From: Mobula hypostoma
Taxonomy: Eukaryota
Direction of reading: 5' to 3'
Length of the DNA: 64,000 nucleotides
NCBI RefSeq assembly: GCF_963921235.1
Contig: NC_086097.1
Span: forward strand, 118,298,001-118,362,000
Shown here: positions 1 to 12,668 of the stretch, one piece after another
Numbering within the stretch: position 1 is the stretch's first letter
How the letters are laid out: each line of letters starts with the position of its first letter
Translations under genes and position numbers: made by a program
Notes under the pieces: model-generated
Database searches by the model: none
What the model saw: the letters and a program-made list of their open reading frames with translations, nothing else
Told to the model about the DNA's origin: nothing

Positions 1-600
1 CACCGACCCCTGTGAAACACCATCAGCCAATGCAGAAAATGCTCCCTTTATTCCCACTCTTTGTCTTCTGCCATGGGCTTTTATCTTGTTTATCAGCCTC
101 ATGTGTGGCACCTTGTCAAAGGCCTTCTGAGAAACAACATCCACAGACTCTCCTTTGTCTATCGTCCCTGTTACTTCCTCAAAGAATTCCAACAGATTTG
201 TCAGGCAAGATTATCCCTTTAGGAAACCACACTGACTTTACTCTATTTTATCACTTGTCTCCAAGTACTGCAAAACTTCATCTTTAATAATGGATTCCAA
301 CATCTTGCCAACCACTGATGTCAGGCTAACTGGCTTGTAATTTCTTTTCTTTTGCCTCCCTCATTTTTTAAAGAGTGGGATGACATTTGCAAATTCCAAG
401 TGTTCCAGAATCTAGCAATTCTTGAAAGATCATTGCTAATGCATCCATAATCTCTTTAGCTACCTCCTTCGTAACCTTCTATTTAACAATGATAGCTGCA
501 CTCACTTCTGCCACCCGACTCTCTCAAATTTCTGGCATGCTGCTAATATCTTCCACAGAGAAGACTGACACAATATACTTATTTGGTTTGTCCGCCATAA
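1..600 (-). mobile_element. Degenerate CR1 LINE ORF2 (RT) fragment
   Basis: Reverse strand resembles the RQRVGING...GVPQGS and KAFDKVPH regions of the CR1 at 14243-15700; many indels. Confidence 0.75.
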
Positions 601-1390
601 ATGAGGTAAAGAGGAACCCTATCTCTGGTGGTGTGGCAGGAGGATGGGGTGAGGCCAGATGTGTGTGAAATGAAAGAGATGTGGGGTGAGGGCAGTGTTG
701 ATGCTGGAGGAAGGCACCCCTTTCTTTGAAGAAGCAATACATCTCATTAGCTTTAGAATGAAAAACTTGCCCTCAGAGTCGATGTGGTGAAGATAGAAGA
801 AATGAGAGAAGGTGATGGCCTTATTACAAGTGACAGGGTGGGAAAAGGTATAGTCCAGATGAAAATCAGTGAGTTTGTAAAAGATATCAGTAGATAAATT
901 GTCTCCAGAGATAGAGACAGAGAGATCGAGAAAGGGGAGGGAGTTAGTTGGAAGTGGGCTAGGTAAATCTGAGGACAGGGTGGAAATTGGAGGCAAAGTT
1001 GATGAAGTCAACGACCTCAGCATGGGTGGAAGAAACAGCCCCAATGTAGTTGTTGATGTGTTGGGGAGTGACACCGGAGTTGGCTTACAACATAGACTGT
1101 TCCACATAGCCAACAAAAAAGCAGGCATAGCTGGAATCCATGCGTGTGCCGATTGCTACACCTTTGGTTTGGAGACAGTGGGAGGAGCCAAGGAGAAATT
1201 ATTGAGAGTGAGGACCATTTGCAGCAGACGGAAGAGAGTGGTGGTGGAGGGGAGCAGATTGGGTCTGTTATCTAGAAAGAAGAGGAGAACATTAAGGCCC
1301 TCCTGACAGGGGATGGAGGTGTATTGGGACTGGGCATCCATGGTGAAAATGAGATGGTCGGGGCCAGGGAATTTGAAATCATTGAGAAGC
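600..1390 (-). mobile_element. Penelope-like element RT fragment
   Basis: Minus frames give MDAQSQYTSIP, LTLNNFS and LPFLDLSVSISGDNLSTDIFYK..DYTFSHP, typical of Penelope RT/thumb; frameshifted. Confidence 0.8.
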
Positions 1391-1489
1391 CATGCTGGAA
1401 GTGGTATTTATAAAAAAATACAGCTTGCATGCAGGAAGAGGTGTCTGATACAAAATGAACTGTGCTTCTTAGTCAGAACACTCAATAAT

Positions 1490-2292
1490 TAATAAATGAA
1501 TAATTCAAAAGGACAGCTGCTTATTTGGGATGACTCTTAAAGGACAAAAAGAATTGAGAAAATAGCCAGGATTCCCTTTCTTTAATTGGGATACCATGCC
1601 GCATAATTGTGACAAGAGACTGCTGCTGAACAGTTTCTAACTAATGCCAGTCAAGTGCACATTGTGTGGCTATTGAGCACTACATCATGCTTAGACTGAA
1701 CGGATTTTAAATAACATCATTTGCTTGTGCTTATATTCACAGAGCAGTGATTTTTCTCATTGATAGTTGGCAAGGAATAAGCAGTAAGACAATTCAGACT
1801 GTTTTACTCATAGTGGTTTCAAGTGTTCAGGCTTGGAGATGCCAGAAACGACCGGGAGTGAAAATGAAACAGTTTCAATACTTCAGCAAGTTAGGAATCA
1901 TGAAGAATTTGTAGATATCAACAATTATCTTGAATGTTACTATGGAAATGAAGATTTAGAGGGTGCAATCATCAAAAGCATTTTATGAAAGTAGTCCATT
2001 ATCTGCACTAGCTGTCGGTGCCGATTATATTCATTTACAGTCAATCAAAAGAACATGTCAGCATACACTGGTTTAACTCACCCATCCATATCTATTCGGA
2101 CCTAATACCCAGTTTTATAGTACTGTAGTCATTTTTTTAGTGTTCTATTTTGTTCTGTATTTCATTTAAATATATATTTTTTATTTAGTTAAATGGTAGT
2201 TTATCTTTTTTATATCTTTTTAGCCATTTCCATGTAATTGGGACAGCCGTTTAATTGGGCCAAAATGTACTGGTCCCCATGTGTCCCAATTA
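1490..2292. mobile_element. Non-autonomous DNA transposon remnant (Tigger/pogo-like)
   Basis: Repeated TAATTGGG(A)/TCCCAATTA terminal motifs; a related copy lies at about 23580-23965. Confidence 0.5.
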
Positions 2293-3091
2293 TCTTGTTA
2301 CTGAACAGTGCTGAACAATCATGGGATGCAATGACACAAAAATTGGAAAAAGCTAGCTCACATCCATTGGGATAGAAGGATATTTGGAAAAGTTAATTGG
2401 TTTCAGAAGTGTACCACATCAACCAATAAAACAGGTGGCAAATGTGTTTATAATTCTAAAAAAATACTCCTATTGTTTGAAGAAGTTAGGTCATAATAGC
2501 AAAATGTATTCACAATTGGATACTTACTGAAATATTGACATGTTAGAAATTAAACATCAAAGTAACGAGGATGTTTATGAAGTATTACATGATACCTGAA
2601 AGGAAAAACATAGTTTTGTTAGCTGAAGAGTTTGTTGACCAGTTTCCCATCCTAAAGAGCCTGAAATAACAATAAGAAGAATTCATTTTCTTCTTGAAAG
2701 TCAATGCCAAATTTCAGTCTTAATATATACATTGGCACAGACAGCTTCAAAAATCTGCTACAAATAATTTCATTTTTTTGTTTTCAATGCAATGACGAAG
2801 GTGTTGGTGAGTACTGGGTGTGCATATGCAGAGTAAAATGATTATCTTAAATTAGTGCCGAACTACAGAAATACATTTAGAGAAATGCTGAGTTCAAAGA
2901 GAGACCACAGAAGAAAATGTATATCTTTGATAAAAAATAGATTGGTGCTTTGACTGACTGAGAGTTGAATGCAGACAAACAGAGCTGTTACTGAGCCACT
3001 CCTCAACATTGTACAAAACACATTTATTTTGCCAATAAACATCAATTTTACAAACACATTTTCCCTGAAATACTAAAGTTCTGCAGGAAAA

Positions 3092-3938
3092 TGTTACGTA
3101 CCCTGTAACTGGGTTGCCAAACCAGCAGAACTGGATCACTCAGTTGGAGTCTGGATTACTAGAACTAAGAAAGTTTTATTAAAGAAACAAGCAACACAGT
3201 ACTCTAATCAAAAGGATAATAAATGCAACAGTTCAGCAATGATAAACACACATGTGCACAGAATTAAGATAACAGGATCAATCAAGCTCTATCGTCGTCT
3301 AGGGGTAAATGACCAGTTTCAAAGTGACGCAAAGTTCAGTTCAATTTAGTTCAGTTCAGTTCGCAGTAATCACTGCCGTGGAGATGGACAGTGGGGGGGA
3401 AGCAGAGAGAGAGCAAAACGAATGAATATTCAAGGCTTCCACACAGACCTTCGCAGTCAGCTTTTGGGCGAGTCCTTTGTGATGTCATCTGAGGTCACCA
3501 ACCGTGACCCCTCCGTTTCCAGATACGATCGTTTCTCTGCGGTGAACCTGGCACCCAGGCAAGGGTGGACACACACCAGGTTCCCGCCGATCGTGCCTTT
3601 CCACCCTGTGCGTCTGTGGCCCGATACTTTCCACCGACTTGTGAGAGACGCACCGCTTCCAGGGTCTTGTTACCTCGGGTGTCGTGTGTGTCGCCTTAGC
3701 GAACCTGTCCCTTTTTATCCCCCTGCTGGGGTATCGCCTGTCCATCACTTCAAACAGTTCAGGGTTCAAAGGGGGAGCCGATCTTGACAGCTCTCCTTCC
3801 CCTTCATTAACATCTCCAAATGCAGCTCCATTGTTTTCCTTATCTCTCTCTCCTGAAGACAGGTGGCAGACCAACTGCTGATTCCACTGGTGCCAGCACA
3901 GGACAGCTACATCTTAATCTATGTGTATTCTTGTCGCA
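3092..3938 (-). repeat. 3' LTR of element 1
   Basis: TGTTACGTACCC...TTGTCGCA; near-identical to 7041-7892; PPT adjacent. Confidence 0.95.
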
Positions 3939-3950
3939 CTTTCCCCCTTT
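3939..3950 (-). other. Polypurine tract of element 1
   Basis: AAAGGGGGAAAG on the minus strand, abutting the 3' LTR. Confidence 0.85.
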
Positions 3951-4049
3951 AAGGATTTTTACCGGGGGTAAAAATTACAAACATTATTTGCTCCGCACAA
4001 ATATACATCTTTATCAGCTATTTGGCTAATACAGCGAGTTTGAAGTGGT

Positions 4050-4940
4050 CAACACCTGACAGACAGTCAGCTATCACATTTTCTGTTCCTTTTATATGTG
4101 TTATTAATAATCCCTTAGACCAGGCTCCAACTTAGCAAACTTCATAGTGGCCAAAAACACTGATGAATTGCGATCAATGTAACCTCTCATTGGGTTTCGT
4201 CCCGGACCACAATAACAAGGGTCGTCCCATTCCGACTTAGTTTTCTCTCGCAAGGGCTTAGTAGGAGGGGGAGGGGTGGTAACCGCAGAGTTATTGCAAA
4301 ACTTCCTAGAGTACCCCACCATCTCCAAGAGCCTTCTGAGGGCCCTCTTGTCTGTTGGGTTTGGGATGTCAGCGAATAGCCTGAACTGTAGCTTGCATCG
4401 CTGCCAGCCGCCCCGTGTCACCACAATTCCCAGGTAAGTGACCTTCGTGTGGCCGAACTCATTTTTTTCAAGGTTCACTTTCAAGCTTGCTTCAGACAGC
4501 CGTATTACATCGCCAATACACACCTCTGTGTTCATCAGCCCTTTAGTCACTGAATTACTCATTCTATGGGGTTGTTGCTCACTAGGCTAACCTCTTGTAA
4601 CAAGCACCACCCAACGTCCCAGTTCTTTGCATCGCCTCGGGGCAATCAAACACACGGGTGCGAGTCGTTTAATTACTTCTAAAGAGTCGCTTTGTTCGGA
4701 GATTAAGGAAGAGACCTTATCAGCAGACCTGGCCAAAACAATAGCCTTCTCCCATCTGGTCGATACCATACTCATCTTTTCAAAATGTTTTTTTTTTCTC
4801 TTATCGGGGGGACCCTAGCTTCATTGATTTCCGCGCTAACACCGACTAGGTTTGTTAGCATATCAAAAGCCTGTGACCGTCTCAGTTCGCGTCGGCCATA
4901 ATCAATAACATCCTTCTTCTGGTGCAGCTGGTAAACCTCT
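4050..4940 (-). pseudogene. pol: Collapsed pol remnant (IN fragments, partial RT, RNase H tail)
   Basis: QQPHRM joined to SNSVTKGLMNTEVCIGDV (decayed YxDD), VNLEKNEFGHTKVTYLG, LRRLLEMVGYSRKFC and ENVIADCLS. Confidence 0.8.
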
Positions 4941-4941
4941 T

Positions 4942-6941
4942 TCATGATTCCACCAGCTGTTCCCTCCAGTACCGCAAAAGGTTAAAAACCTCATCCCCAT
5001 AACTCTTTTGCACCAACCCCCATTCCTCATCTGCGGGTACGGTACTTGGTTTCCCTTTCTTCCTTAGCACTTCCTCCTCCACACAATAGCCTACTAGTTC
5101 CCTTGTTAAGTCTGTGGCAGAGAGAGCTGTCTCTGCCAAAACCATCAGCCCCTCATCTCGCTCCTGCACCTGCACAAATTCTTTCCTGGCTAATGCTACA
5201 TCTGTCCCAACTCCCTCACTACCTCTTGTCTCACTACACTCCTTCTTTTCACTTTCTACCCCCTTCTCGTACAAGGTTGGCAGAAACGTCTCAGCTAAAT
5301 TTACTACCGCAGTCCCATGATGAACCTGTGAGTCCATGGGCGGGGCCTCAATGCTGGCAGGCTGACCTGTCAATCTCACTGCTTCGAACACGATTCCCCC
5401 GGCGAGGTCATTACCGAGCAAGACTTCCACGCCTTTCATCGGTAATTCGGGCCTCACCCCGATCGTGACTAGTCCAGAGACCAGGTTGCTTTGTAAGTGT
5501 ATCTGGTGCAAAGGGACTGACTCTGTCCCTCCCCCAACACCTTTGACCTTGACCTGCCCAGTCTGGGTCTCTGAGCTAAACTCTAATACACTCTTCAGTA
5601 TTAGTGACTGACACGCTCCTGTGTCTCTCCAGATCCGCTCTGGAACTGGTTTTAACCCCTCCTTCACTGACACCAATCCGGCCAAGATAAACCTCTCGCG
5701 CCCTTCCTGAACTTTGGCAGACCTGTCCTTCCCTAGCGGTTCGTTTACCAGCTCGATACAGCCAGTCAAAATCGCCGTTTTTCCTTTTCCCGTCTCCTTC
5801 TTTGGGGCAAAGCACCTGGACACAAAGTGTCCGACTTTCCCGCAATTATAACAGACGACCCCAGGAGACTTCCTACCAGACTGCTCCTGGTCTACCTTAT
5901 CCTTCTCACTAATCCCCGGCTTACTTTCTGACTTTTCTGGTGGACTCTCCGTGCTGTCCTGACTACCCTTCTGGTAGCCTTTACTCGGGGCAAACTTCAT
6001 TTTATGCGTCAACGCATACTCATCCGCTAACTTAGGAGTCGCGGCTAACGTGGCTGCCTCTTTCTCATCTAGGTAGGGTCTCATACCCTCAGGGACACAA
6101 CCTTTAAACTGCTCAATCAGGATCAGCTGTAGCAGTCTGTCATAATCCCCCTCTACCCCCTTCAAGGCGCACCAACGCTCACAATATGTCTGCATCTCAT
6201 GGGCAAACTCTAATTACGTGCGGTCTCACTGCTTCCTCGCATTCCGGAACCTCTGCCGGTATGCCTCCGGGACCAACTCATAAATCCTGAGGATGGCCTC
6301 TTTCACCACCTCATACCTCTGGGCATCTTCCGCGGACAAAGCGGAGTAAGCTTGTTGGGCTTTCCCTTTCAGTACACTCTGAAGGAAAACAACCCACTTA
6401 TCCCTCGGCCAGTCCTGACTTGTAGCAACTTTTTCAAAATGGAGAAAGTACCGATCCATGTCGGTATCGTCAAATGGGGGAACCAGCCTAACCTCCTGGG
6501 TCGCCCGGAACCCTCCACCTTGGTTCGGCACAGGCCTCTGCTCTGCCCTTATCCTGAACTTCTCCAGCTCGAAATCCCTTTCCCTCTGTTTCTCCTCTCG
6601 CTCCAACTGTCTCTCTCTCTCTCTCTCTCCTGCCTTTCTAACTGCTTCTCTTCGTGTTCTAACTGCTGTACCCGGAACTCGTACTCGAGTCTCAGTTTTT
6701 CAAGCTGCACCTATACCGCGTCTCCGGCAGGTTTTTCAATAGACACTACCTCCAGCTCGCCTTGGGGAAAAACACCTTTAGATACATAGTGCTCTATGAT
6801 AGCTCTTTGTATCTCTTCTCTCCTCATTGTCGACTTCCCCTTAGCAAGATTCAACCGTTTGGCCACAGCTACCAATTCCGATTTCCTGGCATCCTCTAAT
6901 GCCTCCAAGGTCGGTGCCTTTATAATTTCCTCAGCCTCCAT
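4942..6941 (-). pseudogene. gag: Gag (SCAN-like capsid region, CCHC knuckle) plus aspartic protease
   Basis: ORFs 6711-6941, 6226-6606 and 4942-6195; YFLHFEKVA..WP, VPEAYRQRFR, LILIEQF, CYNCGKVGHFVSRC, RDTGACQS, VLLGNDL; a few stops and a frameshift at a (GA)n tract near 6610-6628. Confidence 0.9.
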
Positions 6942-7021
6942 TTCTGCTGTTTGTCTTTTCTTTCTTTCAGGAATTTTGACCCAATCAATTTACTCCGTCC
7001 CAAATTTAGCGTTCAAAATCG

Positions 7022-7036
7022 CGGACGAGAACCCCA
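7022..7036 (-). other. Primer binding site (tRNA-Pro-like)
   Basis: TGGGGTTCTCGTCCG, 4 nt inside the 5' LTR; resembles the tRNA-Pro complement TGGGGGCTCGTCCG. Confidence 0.8.
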
Positions 7037-7040
7037 CTTA

Positions 7041-7892
7041 TGTTACGTACCCCGTAAATGGGTTGCCAAACCAGCAGAACTGGATCACTCAGTTGGAGTC
7101 TGGATTACTAGAACTAAGGAAGTTTTATTAAAGAAACAAGCAACACAGTACTCTAATCAAAAGGATAATAAATGCAACAGTTCAGCAATGATAAACACAC
7201 ATGTGCACAGAATTAAGATAACAGGATCAATCAAGCTCTATCGTTGTCTAGGGGTAAATGACCAGTTTCAAAGTGACGCAAAGTTCAGTTCAATTTAGTT
7301 CAGTTCAGTTCACAGTAATCGCTGCCGTGGGAGATGGACAGTGTGGGGGAAGCAGAGAGAGAGAGCAAAACGAATGAATATTCAAGGCTTCCACACAGAC
7401 CTTCGCAGTCAGCTTTCGGGCGAGTCCTTTGTGATGTCATCTGAGGTCACCGACCATGACCCCCTCCGTTTCCAGATACAATCGTTTCCCTGCGGTGAAC
7501 CTGGCACCCAGGCAAGGGTGGACATACACCAGGTTCCTGCCGATCGTGTTTTCCACTCTGTGCGTCTATGGCCCGGTACTTCCCACCGACTTGTGAGAGG
7601 CGCACCGCTTCCAAGGTCTTGTTACCTCGGGTGTCGTGTGTGTCGCCTTAGCGAACCTGTCCCTTTTTATCCCGCTGCTGGGGTATCGCCTGTCCATCAC
7701 TTCAAACAGTTCGGGGTTCAAAGGGGGAGCCGATCTTGACAGCTCTCCTTCCCCGTCATTAACATCTCCAAATGTTGCTCCATTGTTTTCCTTATCTCTC
7801 TCTCTCCTGAAGACAGGTGGCAGACCAACTGCTGATTCCACTGGTGCCAGCACAGGACAGCTACATCTTAATCGATGTGTATTCTTGTCACA
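7041..7892 (-). repeat. 5' LTR of element 1
   Basis: TGTTACGTACCC...TTGTCACA; PBS adjacent. Confidence 0.95.
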
Positions 7893-8429
7893 AAAACAGC
7901 TAATGGTTCTTCAGTTCAAAAAAATAGTAGCACACAATATAAATGCCAAGATGTAATGATTTGTTTGTACAAGGCGCGTACAATGCCACATACAAATGAA
8001 TGCTCATATTTGCACAGCTTTAAAATGATAGTGTACACAATTTTCTGGGATGCTATCAACAAGAAATAGTAGCTAACAAAAAGAATAGGAGCTGGCTGAA
8101 GATCTCTCCTGCCTTACTAGCATCACAAAGAAAGCCAAGATTGCAAATAATGTAAGCAGAATTATTCAATTGGAAAAAGTTATATGAATGTGTGAAATAG
8201 TGTGAAATACAATGTCATTAATATGTGCTTATTTACTTTAGATCTGAAATGTATAATCTAGATGATGGAAGCAGGGGATAAGATGCTATTGCACTGACCC
8301 CTCTCCCCACTGAACTTACCACTCAGCTACAGGTGCAGAGCACTAACATACTTAGCCTGATGGCCAATATACTTCATAGTTCCTTCCACAATACGTTCTA
8401 ATTCATATTGCAAATTTAACGAATAAAAT

Positions 8430-8840
8430 TAAATTTTACTTTTGAAGTATATATGTCACCATATGCAATGCTGAGATTCATTTTCTTGCGGGCATACTGA
8501 ATAAACCTATAGAATAGTAACTACAACAGAATCAGGAGTGCAGAGGATGACAAACTCTGCAAATGCAAATATAAATAAATAGCAATAAATAATGAGAACA
8601 TGAGATGAAGAGTCATTGAAAGTGAGTCCATTGACTGCGGGAACATTTGAATGACAGAGCAAGTGAAGTTGAATGAAGTTATCCCCTTTTGCTCAAGAGT
8701 GTGATGGTTGAGGGGTAGTAACTGTTCTTGTGGGGCGAATCCTGAGGCTCTTGTGCCTTCTTCCAGATGGCAGCAGCAAGAAGAGAGCATGACCTGGTGA
8801 TGGGGATCTCTGATGATGGATGTTGATTTCCTACGACAAT
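8430..8840 (-). mobile_element. Rex1/Babar LINE 3' fragment
   Basis: Same HPGH..LLP.GR coding end and 3' UTR as the copies at 10330-11010 and 59860-61120. Confidence 0.65.
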
Positions 8841-9439
8841 TCAGATGACCCTATTCATGTCCTTACTCCTCTCAATTTTTAAAAATTCAGTGAAAAGACT
8901 ATAGATATTTTTAATCTTGAGCATTAATCATGACTGATTGCATTGGTTCAGAAAATTAAAGACAAACTTAGGTTGATATGATTGTGATAAAACATAAAAC
9001 ACCAAGGAAAATTGCATCAATTCCTTGTTGCCTCTTTGACATTTAATCTGTCTGCAATCATGCAAGTCCAGGAAATTAAATCATTAGTGAGTTTTTTTGA
9101 AGTAATTCAACATTATCCTTTGCAAAACCATGTAAAATTGAATGTCTTCGATTTCAGCCCAAGAGGGGTGGAATATTTCCCAGATATCTGCTGCTCTTCT
9201 CATTGCAGGCATTGACATTAAAACATAATAGTAAAAGATACTTCCAAATAGATTCAAATATTCAAATAGATACTTTCAGAGTACTTGATTGAATTAAAAT
9301 AAATTCCCTGCACTTTCCTAACAGTGGCCTATAATTATGCTGAGCAATCAGCAAGAGCATTTACGATATGTCATTAGATCAAGCTAAATAGAAGGATAGA
9401 TACACAAATGGCCACTTCTTTATGTACATCTGTATGCCT

Positions 9440-9610
9440 GCTTGTTCATGGAGATATGTGGATGCAAGGAGGGGGTGGAGGAATGGTTTGAGAATTTGGG
9501 AGATGATAGGTGGAAGATGTAAAAGGCTGAAGAAGAAGGAATCTGTTAGGAGAGGGGAATGCACCATGGGAGGAAAGGAAGGAGGGGTGGCACCAGAGGA
9601 AGGTAAAATG
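9440..9610 (-). mobile_element. Penelope 3' UTR fragment
   Basis: Purine-rich segment similar to the copies at 17700-17940 and 29040-29300. Confidence 0.5.
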
Positions 9611-9939
9611 GAATTTCACATACTGTTCTTTCCTTTTGTCCCTGTTCCTCCACTCTTACACACCCCATTACTTCCCCTGCCGATCAACGCTGGAGATTAC
9701 CTCTATTGTTATCCTATTCTGAGAGAAGATCATATACCTCAGTTGCTCCTCTGCTTCTGTCCTAACAGTTGCCACTTGACTTGTGGAGCATTCCCAACAT
9801 GTACTGTCTTTGAAGCCGACACTTCATACTTCAGGCTGAGACTTAATCCACTTGCCATTCATTCTCGTTGCATCACTATAATCGATGTGTGATATCGGTT
9901 CGACATCAAGTTCTTTCATCCCCATTTGACATGACGTTT

Positions 9940-10220
9940 ATTTAGAGATGCTGCATGGAACAGGCTCTTCCCACCTAATGAGCCACACTGGCCAGCAACC
10001 CATCTATTTAATACTAGCCCAATCATAGGACGAATTACAAAGACCAATTAACCTGCTGACTTGGCCTGTGGCAGGAAGCTGGAGCACCTGAAGGAACCCT
10101 ACGAACTCACAAGGAGACTATACAAGCTCCTTACAGACAGCACCAGAATTGGGCTCCGAACTCCGGAACGGCTGTAGCTGCAATAGCAAGGCGCTAACCA
10201 CTACGCTACCGTGGCACCCA
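9940..10220 (-). mobile_element. tRNA-derived SINE (V-SINE-like)
   Basis: Minus strand: A-box-like GGTAGCGTAGTGG, then V-domain-like GGGTTCCTTCAGGTGCTCCAGCTTCCTGCCACA. Confidence 0.7.
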
Positions 10221-10325
10221 TTGCTTGAGGAAGGGAGTTTGGTGAGGTGAGCAGCTTAAAGTAAGCAAACAAATTATCTCCACACACAAATAATTTGAAA
10301 AGCAGAAGGCCCAAGAGACTATAAG

Positions 10326-11010
10326 ATTCAGAATCAGAATCAGGTTTATTATCACCGGCGTGTGCTGTGAAATTTGTTAACTTAGCAGCAGCAGTTCAAT
10401 GCAATGCATAATATAGAAGGAGTAAATAAAAAGATAAACTACAGTGTATGTATATTGAATAGATTTAAAATCATGCAAAAACAAAAATTATATATATTAA
10501 AAGGTGTGTTCACGGGTTCAATGTCCATTTAGGAATCAGATAGCAGAGAGAATGAAGCTGTTCCTGAATCGCTGAGTGTGTGACTTCAAGCTTCAGTATC
10601 TCCTACCTGATGGTAACAGTGAGAAAAGGGCATTCCCTGGGTGCTGGAGGTCCTTAGTAATGTATGCTCTCTTTCTGAGACACCACTCCTTGAAGATGTC
10701 CTGGATACTTTGTAGACTAGTACCCAAGATGGAGCTGACTAAATGTACGACCCTTTCAATCCTTTGCAGTAGCCCCCAACATACAGTGATGCAGCCTGTC
10801 AGAATTCTCTCCACAGTACATCTATGGAAGTTTTTGAGTATTTTTGTTGACATACAGATGTATAGATGCCGTCTTGCCTTCTTTATAGCTGCATCGATAT
10901 GCTGGGACCAGGTTCGATTCTCAGAGACCTTTACACCCAGAAATTTGAAACTGCTCACTCTCTCCACTTCTGATCCCTCTATGAGGATTGGTATGTGTTC
11001 CTTCGTCTTC
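10326..11010 (-). mobile_element. Rex1/Babar LINE 3' end
   Basis: ERVSSFKFLGV..W..HID..IKKA..LY, ILTGCITV, HPGNALFSLLPSGRRY; (ATTCTG)n tail. Confidence 0.85.
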
Positions 11011-11142
11011 TACTTACAGGGGGGTAGCTTGCAGCAGATGGGAAGAAACAGCTACTGGTTGTGCAATATCCAGAGTCCAGGTAGCATGAAGTTACCCACT
11101 ATACTCATAAAAGGCCTGTAGGCAAGAAATTAAGTCAAAGTA

Positions 11143-11605
11143 AAACACACAAAATGCTGAAAGAACTCAGCAGGTCAGGCAGCATCCATGGAGGAGAATA
11201 AAGAGGTGACATTTCAGGTTGAGACCCTTCATCGGGATTGAAAAGAAAGGAGAAGAGAAGTCGGAATAAGAAGGTGAAGGGAGAGGAAAGAGTACAAGCT
11301 AGAAGGTGATAAGTGAAGCCAGGTGAGGGGGAAGGTAGGTGGGTGAGGGAGAGGAAGTGAAGGAGGAGGGGAACCAGAGGGTGGTGGCAAGCAGATGACG
11401 AGAAAGGGTGAGAGGAGAAGCAGAATAGGGAATGGAAAAAGATGAGTGGTTGTTGTTTATAACTTTAGTGTGTTGTTCAGGCGAAGGGTCACAGCCCAAA
11501 AAATCAACTGTTTATTCCTTTCCATTGGTGCTCCCTGATGAGTTGAGTTCTCCACCATTTATGTGTGTTGCTCAGGATTTTCCAGCATCTGCAGAGTCTC
11601 TTGTG
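11143..11605. mobile_element. Penelope terminal repeat (pLTR) fragments in inverted arrangement
   Basis: CACAAAATGCTG..CAGCAGGTCAGGCAGCATC with a degenerate hammerhead, then an inverted partial copy at about 11475-11600. Confidence 0.7.
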
Positions 11606-12254
11606 ATTAAGTCAAAGTAAAACTATTTTTAGTGTTATTAATAGAAAAGGATTCAGGAATTCTGAAAAATTCAGCTGATTCTTCAAGGTATTCCTCCCCC
11701 AAAAATGACAGTAAATGGCATATTTCAGTTTATGATACATGCTCTGCTCTTTTCACCTGGGACGAATGGCTTTGGGTGACATAAATCCAAAAACTGTTGG
11801 AACAACTCACAGATCAGACAGCATCTTTGCACAGCAAGACAAAGTTAACATTTCAAGTCTGAGATTCTTCATCAGAACCAAGAAAGTGAACTTTCCTTTT
11901 CCCAGTCTCGGATTTGAAACATTAACTGTGCTTCTGTTTTCAAAGATGCTGCCTGACCTCCTCAGTACTTTGATATTTCTGTATTTTTGTTATTTCTGGA
12001 TTCCAGCAAGTGTATTTTTTTTGCCTTGATGAAGGGTCTTCGTTGGCCCAAAATATCAACTGTTTATTCCTCTTGATTGACGCTATCTGACCTGCTGAGT
12101 TCAAAGTTCAAGGTTTGAAAAAAGTTTATTATCAAAGTAAGTAAATATCACCATATCCAATCCTGATTCACTTTCTTGCAGTGATTCATTGTAGAACAAA
12201 GAAGTAAAATGCAGCCCCACTGTTGGTCAGACCATGGATGAGGCATCCTAGATG

Positions 12255-12663
12255 CATATGTGATATTTCTGATCGTGTTCAAGATATCCTGAAGTGGGAG
12301 GGTGAGGAGCCAGAGGTCGTGGTACATATAGGTACCAATGACATAGGTAGGAAAAGGGATGAGGTCCTGAAAGGAGAATATAGGGAGCTAGGAAGGGAGT
12401 TGAGAAAAAGGACGGCAAAGGTAGTAATCTCGGGATTACTGCCTGTGCCACGCGACAGTGAGAGTAGGAATGCGATGAGGTAGAGGATAAATGCGTGGCT
12501 GAGGGATTGGAGCAGGGGGCAGGGATTCAAGTTTTTGGATCATTGGGACCTCTTTTGGCGCAGGCGTGACCTGTACAAAAAGGACGGGTTACACTTGAAT
12601 CCTCGGGGGACCAATATCCTGGCAGGGAGATTAGCGAGGGCTACTGAGGTGACTTTAAACTAG
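12255..12663 (+). pseudogene. CR1 ORF1 SGNH/GDSL esterase domain (partial)
   Basis: VVVHIGTND and LYKKDGLHLN motifs; one internal stop at 12481-12483. Confidence 0.85.
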
Positions 12664-12668
12664 AATGG

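Larger units (their letters stand above)
3092..7892 (-). mobile_element. Gmr1-like (Ty3/Gypsy) LTR retrotransposon with internally deleted pol (non-autonomous)
   Basis: Two ~850-bp direct repeats bounded by TG..CA, 4-bp TSD AAAA (3088-3091 and 7893-7896), PBS, PPT and gag-PR ORFs. Confidence 0.95.

Noticed and set aside
2300..3090. Possible ancient transposase fossil or exon near 2527-2595
   Set aside because: All frames are interrupted by stops and no motif is convincing
3335..3362. (GTTCA)n and other short tandem arrays as CRISPR-like repeats
   Set aside because: No spacers or cas genes; these are LTR microsatellites and LINE tails in a eukaryotic context
3422..7956. ORFs of about 65-130 aa repeated in both LTRs and the solo LTR
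   Set aside because: They recur only because the LTR repeats; frames differ between copies and carry no known motif
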